Positions 45,544-53,605 of a stretch of 53,605 nt of DNA are shown piece by piece. Numbering within the stretch: the first letter of the stretch is position 1; every line of letters starts with the position of its first letter. The stretch spans positions 1 to 53,605 of the forward strand of contig JBEBBT010000134.1 in assembly GCA_041158245.1 (NCBI GenBank). Direction: 5' to 3'. A program made the position numbers and the translations under genes. A model generated the notes under the pieces. It was not told the DNA's origin and did no database searches. It saw only the letters and a list, made by a program, of their open reading frames with translations. The DNA comes from Actinomycetota bacterium. Lineage in GTDB: Bacteria; Actinomycetota; Actinomycetes; S36-B12; UBA5976.

Positions 45544-46947
45544 CTACTTAACCTGTGCTTTAACGGTTTTCTTAACGCCATTGCAGATTACAACCACATT
45601 GTGCTTACCTTTTTTGAGTTTGAAGGTGTAGGTAATTGTGGTTTTGTCAGCAGCAGGAGTCTTGGTGTACTTCTTACCGTTGATTGTAATTTTCACAGAT
45701 TTTCCGTGAGGGTTATCAACTTTTACTGACACTTTTCCTTTAGCTGGAGTGACTTTAATTGCAGTCTTTGCAGCTGTTGGATCTGTGTAGAAGTGGAATT
45801 CCACCATGTCAGCAGCAACGTTGCTTGCTCCGGTCACAGTTGGGAATACCTGTGAGAAAAGCGCACCTGTGTCTGCGGTTAAGAATTCATCAATCCAAGA
45901 TGTTGGCTTGGCTTGACCAGTTAGATCAGTACTACGAGCTTTGAAAAGTACGTTACCGAATGCATCGGTCGTGCCTGTCCAAACTGCCTGATCTGCATCA
46001 GCTGCAGCAGATGTGTTTGTTGCAGTCACACCATCAGTCAATTTTGCGTTGCTTCGGCTGTTTGCCTTTCCAACACTCAGTGTTACCTCTTGGCCAATAA
46101 CTGGATATCCGTTGCCATCAACAATGTGGTAAGTCAGATTGATGCGACGTGATGCTGGTGCATACTTTTGGTAGAAGTGCAATCCATCTGTGTACCAGTC
46201 GTTGGTCACGGTGAATAACTCTTCTAAATCAGTACGACGGACAGAATTTGTGTCTTCAAAAACTGGTGTTGCTACACGAGCAAGCACTTCGTTCATGTCG
46301 TAGGTAGGTTCACTTGGTTCTTTGTAGAAGTGAATTTCAGTCATGTCTGCTTGGTCAATTGTTTGTCCAAGAACTTCTGGATAGATTTGAGTGTACAAAG
46401 AAACATTGCAATCAAAGTCAGAAACGTGTCCGCGTTCAGTGAATGAAACTGGCTTTGGTTCACCACACATATCCTGAGTATCTAGGCTTTCCATTGTAAA
46501 AGTCACAAAACCAAATGCGTCAGTCAATGCGTTAACCTGCAATTGATCCAGTGGGGCTTTGTCAACGCCATCAGTTGGACCTTGACCGTTTACTTTGACG
46601 ATTGAGTTAGCTACTGAGTAACCCTTATTAACGCGCAACTTAACGTTTGTGTTTGCAAGTGGTTCGTCAGTATCAGCATCAGTTACTAAGTAAGTGAAGT
46701 GAATTGTTGAGCCAGCTGGCGCCCAACCTTGACGGAAGGTGAAACCTTCAGCAAACCAGTTCTGACGAACCCAGTCAGCTTCCATTTCGGTGTCGCGCCA
46801 AGAATTTGTGTCGTCTAGTTGTGGAGTGATTAGGCGAATCTCCACATTTTCTGGCAAAGCACTTGCAGCACTAGAAAACGCTGGGATTGTTGCGAGTGCA
46901 AGCAATAGCGAAATCCAAAGTGCAACTTTGCGACTTACTTTTTTCAT
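45544..46947 (-). CDS. Secreted protein with two ~180-aa tandem repeats and a C-terminal Ig-like domain, unknown function
   Basis: The start is moved to the ATG at 46947 (AGGAAA SD), giving the signal peptide MKKVSRKVALWISLLLALATIPAFSSAASA. The track ORF's N-terminal extension overlaps the permease gene. Repeat anchors are TP..DTNS.R, TDAFG.V.F and ADM.E.HFY..P. Confidence 0.6.
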   Translation of the reverse strand: MKKVSRKVALWISLLLALATIPAFSSAASALPENVEIRLITPQLDDTNSWRDTEMEADWVRQNWFAEGFTFRQGWAPAGSTIHFTYLVTDADTDEPLANTNVKLRVNKGYSVANSIVKVNGQGPTDGVDKAPLDQLQVNALTDAFGFVTFTMESLDTQDMCGEPKPVSFTERGHVSDFDCNVSLYTQIYPEVLGQTIDQADMTEIHFYKEPSEPTYDMNEVLARVATPVFEDTNSVRRTDLEELFTVTNDWYTDGLHFYQKYAPASRRINLTYHIVDGNGYPVIGQEVTLSVGKANSRSNAKLTDGVTATNTSAAADADQAVWTGTTDAFGNVLFKARSTDLTGQAKPTSWIDEFLTADTGALFSQVFPTVTGASNVAADMVEFHFYTDPTAAKTAIKVTPAKGKVSVKVDNPHGKSVKITINGKKYTKTPAADKTTITYTFKLKKGKHNVVVICNGVKKTVKAQVK

Positions 46948-46985
46948 TTCATTTCCTAACTGATTGTTGAAATAAAGCTTTGGGC

Positions 46986-47843
46986 TTAGCCCTTGACTGC
47001 GCCATCCATAACGCCTTGGACCAACTTGCGTCCAACCAAGACGAATAGGAGTAGCAATGGAGCGGTCGCCATGAATGCGCCACCGAGATTCAGTGCGTAG
47101 TCGAGTACGTAACTCGCCTTCAACTGATTTACCGCAACCTGAGCGGTGAAATTGTCCGGACTTGTTAAAACAAGCGTTGGCCACAAGAAGTCGTTCCAGG
47201 AAGCCAAGAATGTAAATAAGCCAAGTACAAAAGAACTTTGACGAATGATTGGTAACACCACATGCCAGAAAGTTCTGAGCACACCAGCCTGATCGATGCT
47301 TGCCGCTTCGAGTAGTTCGTTTGGAACTTGAGCATCAATCACTTGCCGCATCCAGAACACACCAAAAGCAGAAACCAACGCTGGAACGATCAAAGCAGTG
47401 AGGCTGTCGATCCATCCAAGGCGAGAGACCATGATGAACAACGGAATGATGCCAAGTTGACTTGGAAGCATCATGGTTCCGATGACAAACAAGATCATGA
47501 ATCTGCGTCCACGGAAGTTGAGCTTTGCAAATGCAAAGCCAGCAAGTGCAGAGAACAACACCTGCGCAACCGCTACCGTGACACCAACAAACGCAGTGTT
47601 GAAAAGTGCACGAGTGAAGTCAACAACCTCATAAACGTGACCAATCACGGTTAAGAATCTTGGACCTGGGGTCAAAGATGGTGGCATTTTTGAAATTTCT
47701 TCAGTGCCGCTTGATGCAACTACAAACATCCAGTAGAAGGGGAATACTGAAAGGAAAGTAATCAAGCCAAGCGACAAGTAGCCACCGATTCTTACTCGGT
47801 GCCAACCTGGGGCAAAGTCATTGCGGAGGAAAGGCATTTTCAT
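46986..47843 (-). CDS. Carbohydrate ABC transporter permease (MalG/CebG-like)
   Basis: 6 TM helices and the EAA loop EAASIDQAGVLRTFWHVVLP. Confidence 0.85.
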   Translation of the reverse strand: MKMPFLRNDFAPGWHRVRIGGYLSLGLITFLSVFPFYWMFVVASSGTEEISKMPPSLTPGPRFLTVIGHVYEVVDFTRALFNTAFVGVTVAVAQVLFSALAGFAFAKLNFRGRRFMILFVIGTMMLPSQLGIIPLFIMVSRLGWIDSLTALIVPALVSAFGVFWMRQVIDAQVPNELLEAASIDQAGVLRTFWHVVLPIIRQSSFVLGLFTFLASWNDFLWPTLVLTSPDNFTAQVAVNQLKASYVLDYALNLGGAFMATAPLLLLFVLVGRKLVQGVMDGAVKG

Positions 47844-48826
47844 CGTGCGTCCTCACTTGCTAGTCGGCGAGTAATCGCAAAGTTGATTAGTGAAATTATC
47901 AAAACAATAACTGTGATTGCGATACCAATTGCTGCACCGTAACCCCAGTTAATGTTTGTAAACGCCTGCTCGAATAAGTAGAGAGTCAAGGTTGAGAACT
48001 GACGATCGCTACCGCCTGTTGCACTACCAAACACAAGAGGTTCAGCAAAGACTTGCAGGCCACCGATGGTTCCAACAATCAATACGAAAGTGATTGTGTT
48101 CTTTAGCTGTGGCAAAGTCACATAGCGGAATGTTTGCCAGCGGCTTGCACCATCAATTGAAGCCGATTCGTAAAGTTCGTTTGGAATTGCCAACATCGCT
48201 GCCAAGAAAATTAGCGCGTTGTAACCAACCCAGCGCCAAGTAATCATGGTTGCAATTGCAATGTGACCTGGAATTGTTTGTTCTTGAAAATCAATATTGT
48301 CAAAACCGAAAAGTCCAATAACCCAGTTGATCAAACCGTAATCGCGACCAAATAGCTGTTGGAAGATAATCGCTACTGCAAGAACAGAAGTGATGTTTGG
48401 TACCAAAAGAATTGTTCGCCACAGAGTTTTTGCACGCAAAGTTGGATTGCGCAAAATTGATGCCAAACCAATTGCCATCGCCATTTGTGGGAAAGTAGAG
48501 AATGCCCAAATGCTAAAGGTGTTCTTTACCGATAACCAAAAGTTCTCGTCATGCCAAAGTCGAATGAAGTTGTCGGTTCCAACAAAGACTTGATATGTAG
48601 GGTCTAGTGGATCCCAAGAGTAAAAAGCGATGTAAACCGAGTAAACAACTGGTAGTAAACCAAAAATGATGAACATGATGAAGAACGGTGCAGTGAATAA
48701 GTAAGCCCACCGGCCATTCAATGAACGAACACCGTTTACTTTTTCAGCTTTTGGTTTTTTATTTTGTGGTTTCCATGGAGAGGGAGCCGCAAAAATGCGG
48801 CTCCCCTTTGTTGCTTGTTGCGTCAT
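47840..48826 (-). CDS. Carbohydrate ABC transporter permease (MalF/CebF-like)
   Basis: 6 TM helices and the EAA loop ESASIDGASRWQTFRYVTLP. 4-nt overlap with the downstream permease. Confidence 0.85.
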   Translation of the reverse strand: MTQQATKGSRIFAAPSPWKPQNKKPKAEKVNGVRSLNGRWAYLFTAPFFIMFIIFGLLPVVYSVYIAFYSWDPLDPTYQVFVGTDNFIRLWHDENFWLSVKNTFSIWAFSTFPQMAMAIGLASILRNPTLRAKTLWRTILLVPNITSVLAVAIIFQQLFGRDYGLINWVIGLFGFDNIDFQEQTIPGHIAIATMITWRWVGYNALIFLAAMLAIPNELYESASIDGASRWQTFRYVTLPQLKNTITFVLIVGTIGGLQVFAEPLVFGSATGGSDRQFSTLTLYLFEQAFTNINWGYGAAIGIAITVIVLIISLINFAITRRLASEDAR

Positions 48827-48828
48827 GC

Positions 48829-50157
48829 TTAGCCGCCAACTGCGGTTGCAATTTCAGCAAGTGCCTTCTTCCATGCTGCAGCTGGTTTTTGCTTACCAGC
48901 CGCGATGCGAGCCAATGCGTTTCCGAAGGCGCTGTCAATCGCGCGTTGTTTCTTGCCTTCAAAAATTGGCTTCAGTTTTGAAACACCCTGTGCGTAAATC
49001 TTTCCGATTGGTGCGTTGTTGAAGAATTCAGATTTGAAGTTCAACAATGCTGGATCGTCGTACAGAGAGGTTGTGGTTGGGAAGAATCCGTAGGTCTTGA
49101 AAATCTTTAGCTGTTGAGCAGGTGCCAAGTACCACTGGATGAAGTCCCATGCAGCTTGACGATTTGCAGGATTGCCAGAGGTAGGAATTGAAAGTTGTGT
49201 TCCACCTTGGTTTCCGCCACCACCAGGAATAGCAGCGACATCCCACTTACCAGCTGTCTTTGGTGCTTGTTGCTTGATGTAATCAAGCATCCAAGCTGGT
49301 GCAAGGATGACAGCGAACTTGCCTTTTGTCATACCTACGTTCCAGTCAGAAGTGAATTGACCAACACGAGTTCCGATTTTCTTATTCAGCGCAACGACTG
49401 TCGCATCGAATGCGTCTTTAACGGACTTGTTCTTTTTGTAGATCAATACACCGTTTGGTGTGTTGTTATTACGGTAGTACTTTTCTTTACCTTGATTTAG
49501 TTTCGCAGCAAAGATTGTTCCTGCGTTATCCATAAATCCAAGTCCAGCCTTCTTTTCTTTAGCTGAAAGAGAGTTCATGTACTTCTCACCGACTGCAATA
49601 AATTTTTCCCAAGTCGGCCATAGCTTGCCAACTGCTACTCGATTAGTTGGAAGGCCTGCTTTTTTGAACAAGTCTGTGCGGTAGGCAACTTGAAGTCCGC
49701 CGACATCTGTCGGAATACCAATTACTGAACCGTTGTATGCCACGCCATTTGCCCAGCGCCATGGTAGGTAATCTTTTTTAATTGTCTTGGCACTCTTTTT
49801 GCCAACAGTTGTTTTCATGTTTCGAAGATCGACGAAGCATTGTGGGTATGAACGCCAGTAACCCGAGTATGCAATTTCAATTGCTGTGATGTCAGGTCCA
49901 CTTGAACCAGCAGTACATGCGGTTACAAGGTCGCGTCCATTTAGCGGATCCAAATCTGATTTCTTAATGTCGAGTGTGATTTCAGGATGCAGTGCTTTGT
50001 ATTCACGCACTAGTAGTGGCTGAATAACGTTACCGAACGTCCAAATCTTTAAAGTCTTTTCACCTGCTGCTTTTGCTGGTGACAAAGCTGTGTTTGATGC
50101 GATTAGTGATGTAGCCACTAGTGCGGATACCAAAAGTATCCGGAGTTTTGCCGACAT
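48829..50157 (-). CDS. Extracellular sugar-binding protein of ABC importer (family 1 SBP)
   Basis: The start is moved to the ATG at 50157 (AGGAGAG SD), giving a signal peptide MSAKLRILLVSALVATSLIASNTALSPAKA. Size and position before two sugar permeases support the call. Confidence 0.8.
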   Translation of the reverse strand: MSAKLRILLVSALVATSLIASNTALSPAKAAGEKTLKIWTFGNVIQPLLVREYKALHPEITLDIKKSDLDPLNGRDLVTACTAGSSGPDITAIEIAYSGYWRSYPQCFVDLRNMKTTVGKKSAKTIKKDYLPWRWANGVAYNGSVIGIPTDVGGLQVAYRTDLFKKAGLPTNRVAVGKLWPTWEKFIAVGEKYMNSLSAKEKKAGLGFMDNAGTIFAAKLNQGKEKYYRNNNTPNGVLIYKKNKSVKDAFDATVVALNKKIGTRVGQFTSDWNVGMTKGKFAVILAPAWMLDYIKQQAPKTAGKWDVAAIPGGGGNQGGTQLSIPTSGNPANRQAAWDFIQWYLAPAQQLKIFKTYGFFPTTTSLYDDPALLNFKSEFFNNAPIGKIYAQGVSKLKPIFEGKKQRAIDSAFGNALARIAAGKQKPAAAWKKALAEIATAVGG

Positions 50158-50189
50158 TGACTCTCCTGGAAAATTGGATTTCAATCTTA

Positions 50190-50235
50190 TGAAATCGGTT
50201 TCTTGTGTGTATAGTTAATCGTGAAAGCGATTTCT
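50190..50235. promoter_or_regulatory. Two copies of the 14-bp palindrome in the divergent SBP/GH16 promoter region
   Basis: tgaaatCGgtttct (50190-50203) and tgaaagCGatttct (50222-50235). Confidence 0.5.
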
Positions 50236-50346
50236 TGGCAATACTTTTTAAGAGCAGGCCTTGGAATTGTTACCAAGTCGTCACCAATGCGGAATTTGCA
50301 GTTTGCGGATACTGTTTTGGCACGTTAATCAACTCGAGGAGCAGAA

Positions 50347-51213
50347 ATGAGTCGCAGCAAATTAGCGATAATTACGATCCAAACAGCCATTTTGGCTCTC
50401 ATTTCAATTGCATTTATCCCTAATTCAAATGCCGCCTCCGCACCACTGGCTAAGAAATACCTGTGGCAGGTTGAATTCAATGGCAAGGCCGGACAGGCGC
50501 CCTCGAGCAAGTTTTTCAAATTTAACACCGGTGGCGGTGGCTGGGGTAACTCCGAAGAGCAGTTCTACGTGAATACCCGAAAGACTTCTGCAACCGACGG
50601 CAATGGAAAAATGGTTTTCACTGCCTCCAAGATCTCATACGACTCCCCAAGCAGTGACAAGTACTTCCCCTACAAGTACAAGAGCGCTCGTATTTACACC
50701 AAGGGCAAACTCAGCTTCAAATACGGCCGAATGGAAGCAAGAATTAAGTTGCCTGCGGGTGTTGGAACTTGGCCAGCATTCTGGATGTTAGGAACTGATA
50801 TCAGTTCAAACACTTGGCCTGACTGTGGCGAAATTGACATCATGGAAGCAAAAGGATCGCTACCTAACACCACTTTCGGAACCATCCATGGCCCTGGTTA
50901 CTTTGGTGGCGGAGGAATTTCCGGTGGCACAACTTTGCAAACACCTTTGACTGAGGGCTATCACGTTTATGCAATAAATTGGAAGCCAAATTCAATCGAG
51001 TGGTACATAGATGATCAGCTTTATCACAGCGTCACAAAAGATCAAATTGCATCCGAGTGGGTATTCAACAAGAGATTCTTCTTGATTTTGAACCTCGCAA
51101 TGGGTGGATTATTTACTGGAGAAATTGATCCATCAATCGAAGAAACCAAGATGTACATTGACTGGATTCGTTATTCCAAGTTCGATGGATGGGGACAGGT
51201 TTACTACAAATAA
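50347..51213 (+). CDS. Secreted GH16 laminarinase-like glycoside hydrolase (catalytic domain only)
   Basis: Signal peptide ending NAASA, then WPAFWMLG and GEIDIMEAKG. GAGGAG SD. Confidence 0.85.
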   Translation: MSRSKLAIITIQTAILALISIAFIPNSNAASAPLAKKYLWQVEFNGKAGQAPSSKFFKFNTGGGGWGNSEEQFYVNTRKTSATDGNGKMVFTASKISYDSPSSDKYFPYKYKSARIYTKGKLSFKYGRMEARIKLPAGVGTWPAFWMLGTDISSNTWPDCGEIDIMEAKGSLPNTTFGTIHGPGYFGGGGISGGTTLQTPLTEGYHVYAINWKPNSIEWYIDDQLYHSVTKDQIASEWVFNKRFFLILNLAMGGLFTGEIDPSIEETKMYIDWIRYSKFDGWGQVYYK

Positions 51214-51236
51214 CCCTGTAAAAATAAGGGTTTTTG
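51212..51236. terminator. Weak bidirectional terminator between convergent GH16 genes
   Basis: AACCCT/AGGGTT 6-bp stem (51212-51217 and 51227-51232) followed by TTTT. Confidence 0.3.
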
Positions 51237-51239
51237 TAA

Positions 51240-52031
51240 CTATGGGTGAATTACTTCACCGACTCCATCAATTGAGTAAACGCGAATGTAATCAATTGCA
51301 AGTTCTGCATGGTTTAGCTCTGGATCAATTGAACCTGTGAAATTTCCACCCATTGCAAGATTTGTAATGATGTAAAAATCGTGGTTGTAAACCCATTCAA
51401 GTGGAGCAATTTCTTCCGCAGTATTTTTGTGGTACATCACGCCGTCATAAAACCAACGGATTTCATTTGGCAACCACTCAATTGCAAATTCATGATACTG
51501 ATCAAACAATTCATCTGGAGATTGGAAAACTAAACCTTTTCCGTTATCGCCAAAATAACCAGGCCCGTGCAAAGTTCCGTAGACAGAGTGCGGTTGATCA
51601 CCGCGACTTTCGACGATATCAATCTCACCGCATTGTGGCCATGGAACTGTTTCGATATCGGTTCCGAGCATCCAAAGCGCCGGCCAGGTTCCTAAACCGG
51701 ACGGCAGCTTCAAACGTGATTCAAATCTTCCGTATCGAAAATGAACTTTGCCGAGAGTCGTTAATTTTGCGCTCGCCCATTCAGCTTTTCCGTAATACGC
51801 ATCTGGCTGTAATCCTTCTGGGATTCGATCAGCTGAAATCACTAGATTGCCATTGCCATCGCATGCGACATTCTTGTCTGTGTAGAACTCGCGCTCTTGA
51901 TTTCCCCAGCCTGGAATCCCGTATTCAGAGCCGTCACCAAGATTGAAATTCCAAACAGCAGGGTCTGGAAGTGTGCCGCTTGGTTCATTGAAATCTTGTT
52001 CCCAAATTAACTTGAGTTCAGGTTGGCTCAT
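51240..52031 (-). CDS. GH16 laminarinase-like glycoside hydrolase without signal peptide (probably cytoplasmic)
   Basis: MSQPELKLIWEQDFNEP starts directly at the catalytic domain. WPALWMLG and GEIDIVESRG are present. Confidence 0.85.
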   Translation of the reverse strand: MSQPELKLIWEQDFNEPSGTLPDPAVWNFNLGDGSEYGIPGWGNQEREFYTDKNVACDGNGNLVISADRIPEGLQPDAYYGKAEWASAKLTTLGKVHFRYGRFESRLKLPSGLGTWPALWMLGTDIETVPWPQCGEIDIVESRGDQPHSVYGTLHGPGYFGDNGKGLVFQSPDELFDQYHEFAIEWLPNEIRWFYDGVMYHKNTAEEIAPLEWVYNHDFYIITNLAMGGNFTGSIDPELNHAELAIDYIRVYSIDGVGEVIHP

Positions 52032-52066
52032 GGCTTTGCCTTTCGTGAAGCGGGCTAAAAAGTATC

Positions 52067-52184
52067 ACATAACGATTTCATCAAGAAACCGATTTCACAC
52101 CCATATTTCTTGCAGTTTATGCTCGACGGACCTAGCCTACGGCAGGTGAAACCGATTTCACGGTTCACCGAAAAACCGCTTTCC
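52067..52184. promoter_or_regulatory. Four copies of the 14-bp palindrome in the divergent GH16/GH1 promoter region
   Basis: acataaCGatttca (52067-52080), agaaacCGatttca (52084-52097), tgaaacCGatttca (52147-52160) and aaaaacCGctttcc (52171-52184). Confidence 0.55.
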
Positions 52185-52217
52185 GCAGGCCAAACTTTCG
52201 TCAAGGAGCTTCCAAAG

Positions 52218-53605
52218 ATGATTAACAACTTCCCGGCAGACTTCAAATGGGGCGTTGCAACTTCAAGCTACCAAATTGAAGGGGCGACAAACAAAGACGG
52301 TCGCGGAGTAAGCATTTGGGACACATTCGCAGCCACACCAGGGAAAGTTGTGAATGGCGAAACAGGCGATTTGGCATGCGATCACTATCACCTTTTCAAA
52401 GAAGACATCGCACTAATGAAAAAGCTTGGTGTGCAGACATACAGATTTTCAATTGCATGGCCGCGACTTTTCCCGCAAGGCGACAAAGTGCGCGAACAAC
52501 GCGGTTTTGACTTTTACAATCGTTTGATCGATGAACTCATTGCCAACGGAATTGAACCAATGGCAACTTTGTATCACTGGGATCTTCCACAAACTTTGCA
52601 AGACCGTGGTGGTTGGGCAAATCGTGAAATCGTTGATCACTTCGTTGACTATGCGACTAGTGCAGTTGAAGCATTTGGTGATCGAGTTTCAAACTGGATC
52701 ACAATTAACGAACCATGGTGTGTTTCATGGTTAGGTTACATGCTCGGTGTTCATGCACCTGGTGTTCAAAATCTAGATCACGCAATTGCAGCTTCACATC
52801 ACACAGCTCTTGCTCATGGTTTAGCCACACGTGCAATGCGTAATGTGAATCCAAACTTCAAAATTGGTATTGCGCCAAACATGACCAACTACCGAGTTGA
52901 TGATCCATCAAATCCAGAACTAATGGAATTAAGTGGGTTGATGGACTCGCACATCAACCGCTGGTGGATTGAAGCTTTTACTCACGGTCAATATCCAAAG
53001 AATCTTGCAGACTTTTATGGTGAGCGCCTTCAAAAATATGTTTTGCCTGGAGACATGGAGTCACTAAAAGTGCAAACAGATTTTCTTGGCATCAACTATT
53101 ACAGCGACTCATTCATTGGAACTCCGCGTCCAGAAGATAAGCCGATGTCGGAAGGTGGACTTTTCCCGTTCCCACAACGTTCAAATGGAACGCCACCAGA
53201 ACCACATACCGACATGGGCTGGCCAATCACTCCAAACGGAATGCGGGACTTGTTAGTACGCGTTGCAAAGGATTGGCCAAGCATTAAAGAAATTGCAATT
53301 ACTGAAAATGGCGCTGCATACCCTGAAGGTCCGGACGAGAATGGCGAAGTTCAAGACCATCGCCGAGTTGAATTCCTCGAGTCTCACATTGAGGCCGTAG
53401 GTCAAGCGATCTCTGAAGGTGCTCCAGTCAAGCGCTACTACGCCTGGTCGTTTATGGACAACTACGAATGGGCTGAGGGCTACGCCAAGCGCTTTGGAAT
53501 TGTTCACGTGGATTTTGATACGATGAAAAGAACTCCAAAAGAGAGTGCGAAAGTCTTCAGTTCTATAATCCACTCTCACAGTTCGTTCTGGGAGACTGTC
53601 AGTCA
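52218..53605 (+). CDS. bglA: GH1 beta-glucosidase (3' end off-window)
   Basis: Not in the ORF track because there is no stop in the window. My own translation from ATG 52218 (AAGGAG SD) gives MINNFPADFKWGVATSSYQIEG..., the acid/base motif TINEPW and the nucleophile motif ITENG. The frame stays open to base 53605. Confidence 0.9.
   Translation, partial: MINNFPADFKWGVATSSYQIEGATNKDGRGVSIWDTFAATPGKVVNGETGDLACDHYHLFKEDIALMKKLGVQTYRFSIAWPRLFPQGDKVREQRGFDFYNRLIDELIANGIEPMATLYHWDLPQTLQDRGGWANREIVDHFVDYATSAVEAFGDRVSNWITINEPWCVSWLGYMLGVHAPGVQNLDHAIAASHHTALAHGLATRAMRNVNPNFKIGIAPNMTNYRVDDPSNPELMELSGLMDSHINRWWIEAFTHGQYPKNLADFYGERLQKYVLPGDMESLKVQTDFLGINYYSDSFIGTPRPEDKPMSEGGLFPFPQRSNGTPPEPHTDMGWPITPNGMRDLLVRVAKDWPSIKEIAITENGAAYPEGPDENGEVQDHRRVEFLESHIEAVGQAISEGAPVKRYYAWSFMDNYEWAEGYAKRFGIVHVDFDTMKRTPKESAKVFSSIIHSHSSFWETVS

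Noticed and set aside
46948-47184. N-terminal 79-aa extension of the 546-aa track ORF (45544-47184)
   Set aside because: The extension overlaps the 3' end of the permease gene and is Arg/Gly/Trp-rich with no function. An internal ATG at 46947 has an SD and yields a perfect signal peptide.
51401-51946. 181-aa plus-strand ORF
   Set aside because: It is entirely antisense to GH16 gene 4, which has clear catalytic motifs. The ORF is Arg-rich and low-complexity.
31691-53605. Integrative genomic island at tRNA-Thr
   Set aside because: I could find no integrase, excisionase, transposase or repeat of the tRNA 3' end by eye. It is kept only as a low-interest synteny observation.

Overview
Densely coding chromosomal segment with no rRNA, CRISPR array, transposase or integrase. 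Gene content and order look actinobacterial, from a moderately low-GC, apparently streamlined genome; the organism cannot be named from sequence alone.

Left ~31.7 kb, mostly plus strand, core functions:
- partial GT-C-like membrane protein and xthA
- rpsF-ssb-rpsR-rplI, an LMW tyrosine phosphatase and dnaB
- a class-III aminotransferase with an Lrp regulator, a DUF3298 lipoprotein and a HisC/Pat-type aminotransferase
- cydABDC, followed by a single-GAF DosS-like kinase tail-to-tail with a DosR-like regulator
- a C-N hydrolase
- a compact Tad/Flp-type pilus locus (Ssd/TadZ-like, TadA, fused TadBC, Flp pilin, two TadE-like proteins)
- a K+-independent-type H+-pyrophosphatase and a methyltransferase
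- topA-tmk-holB, a Tap-like lipoprotein hydrolase, a stand-alone TipAS protein and tRNA-Thr(CGT)

Right ~22 kb, downstream of the tRNA, looks accessory:
- a secreted beta-helix/OmpA-like protein, a PaaK-like adenylating enzyme and kup
- an unusual secreted-hydrolase/TM/ABC-ATPase fusion with its ABC-2 permease
- DUF2200, nitroreductase and GNAT genes
- a large beta-1,3-glucan (laminarin-type) utilisation locus: four GH16 paralogs, two secreted binding-type proteins of unknown function, an ATPase-less sugar ABC importer and a GH1 beta-glucosidase that runs off the window

Main leads:
- the hydrolase-ABC fusion
- a near-consensus DosR-type box in front of cydABDC, next to the DosS/DosR-like pair
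- a 14-bp CG-centred palindrome present about 9-10 times in the intergenic regions of the glucan locus, with no regulator gene in the window

All family assignments rest on motif recognition by eye. No database search was run.
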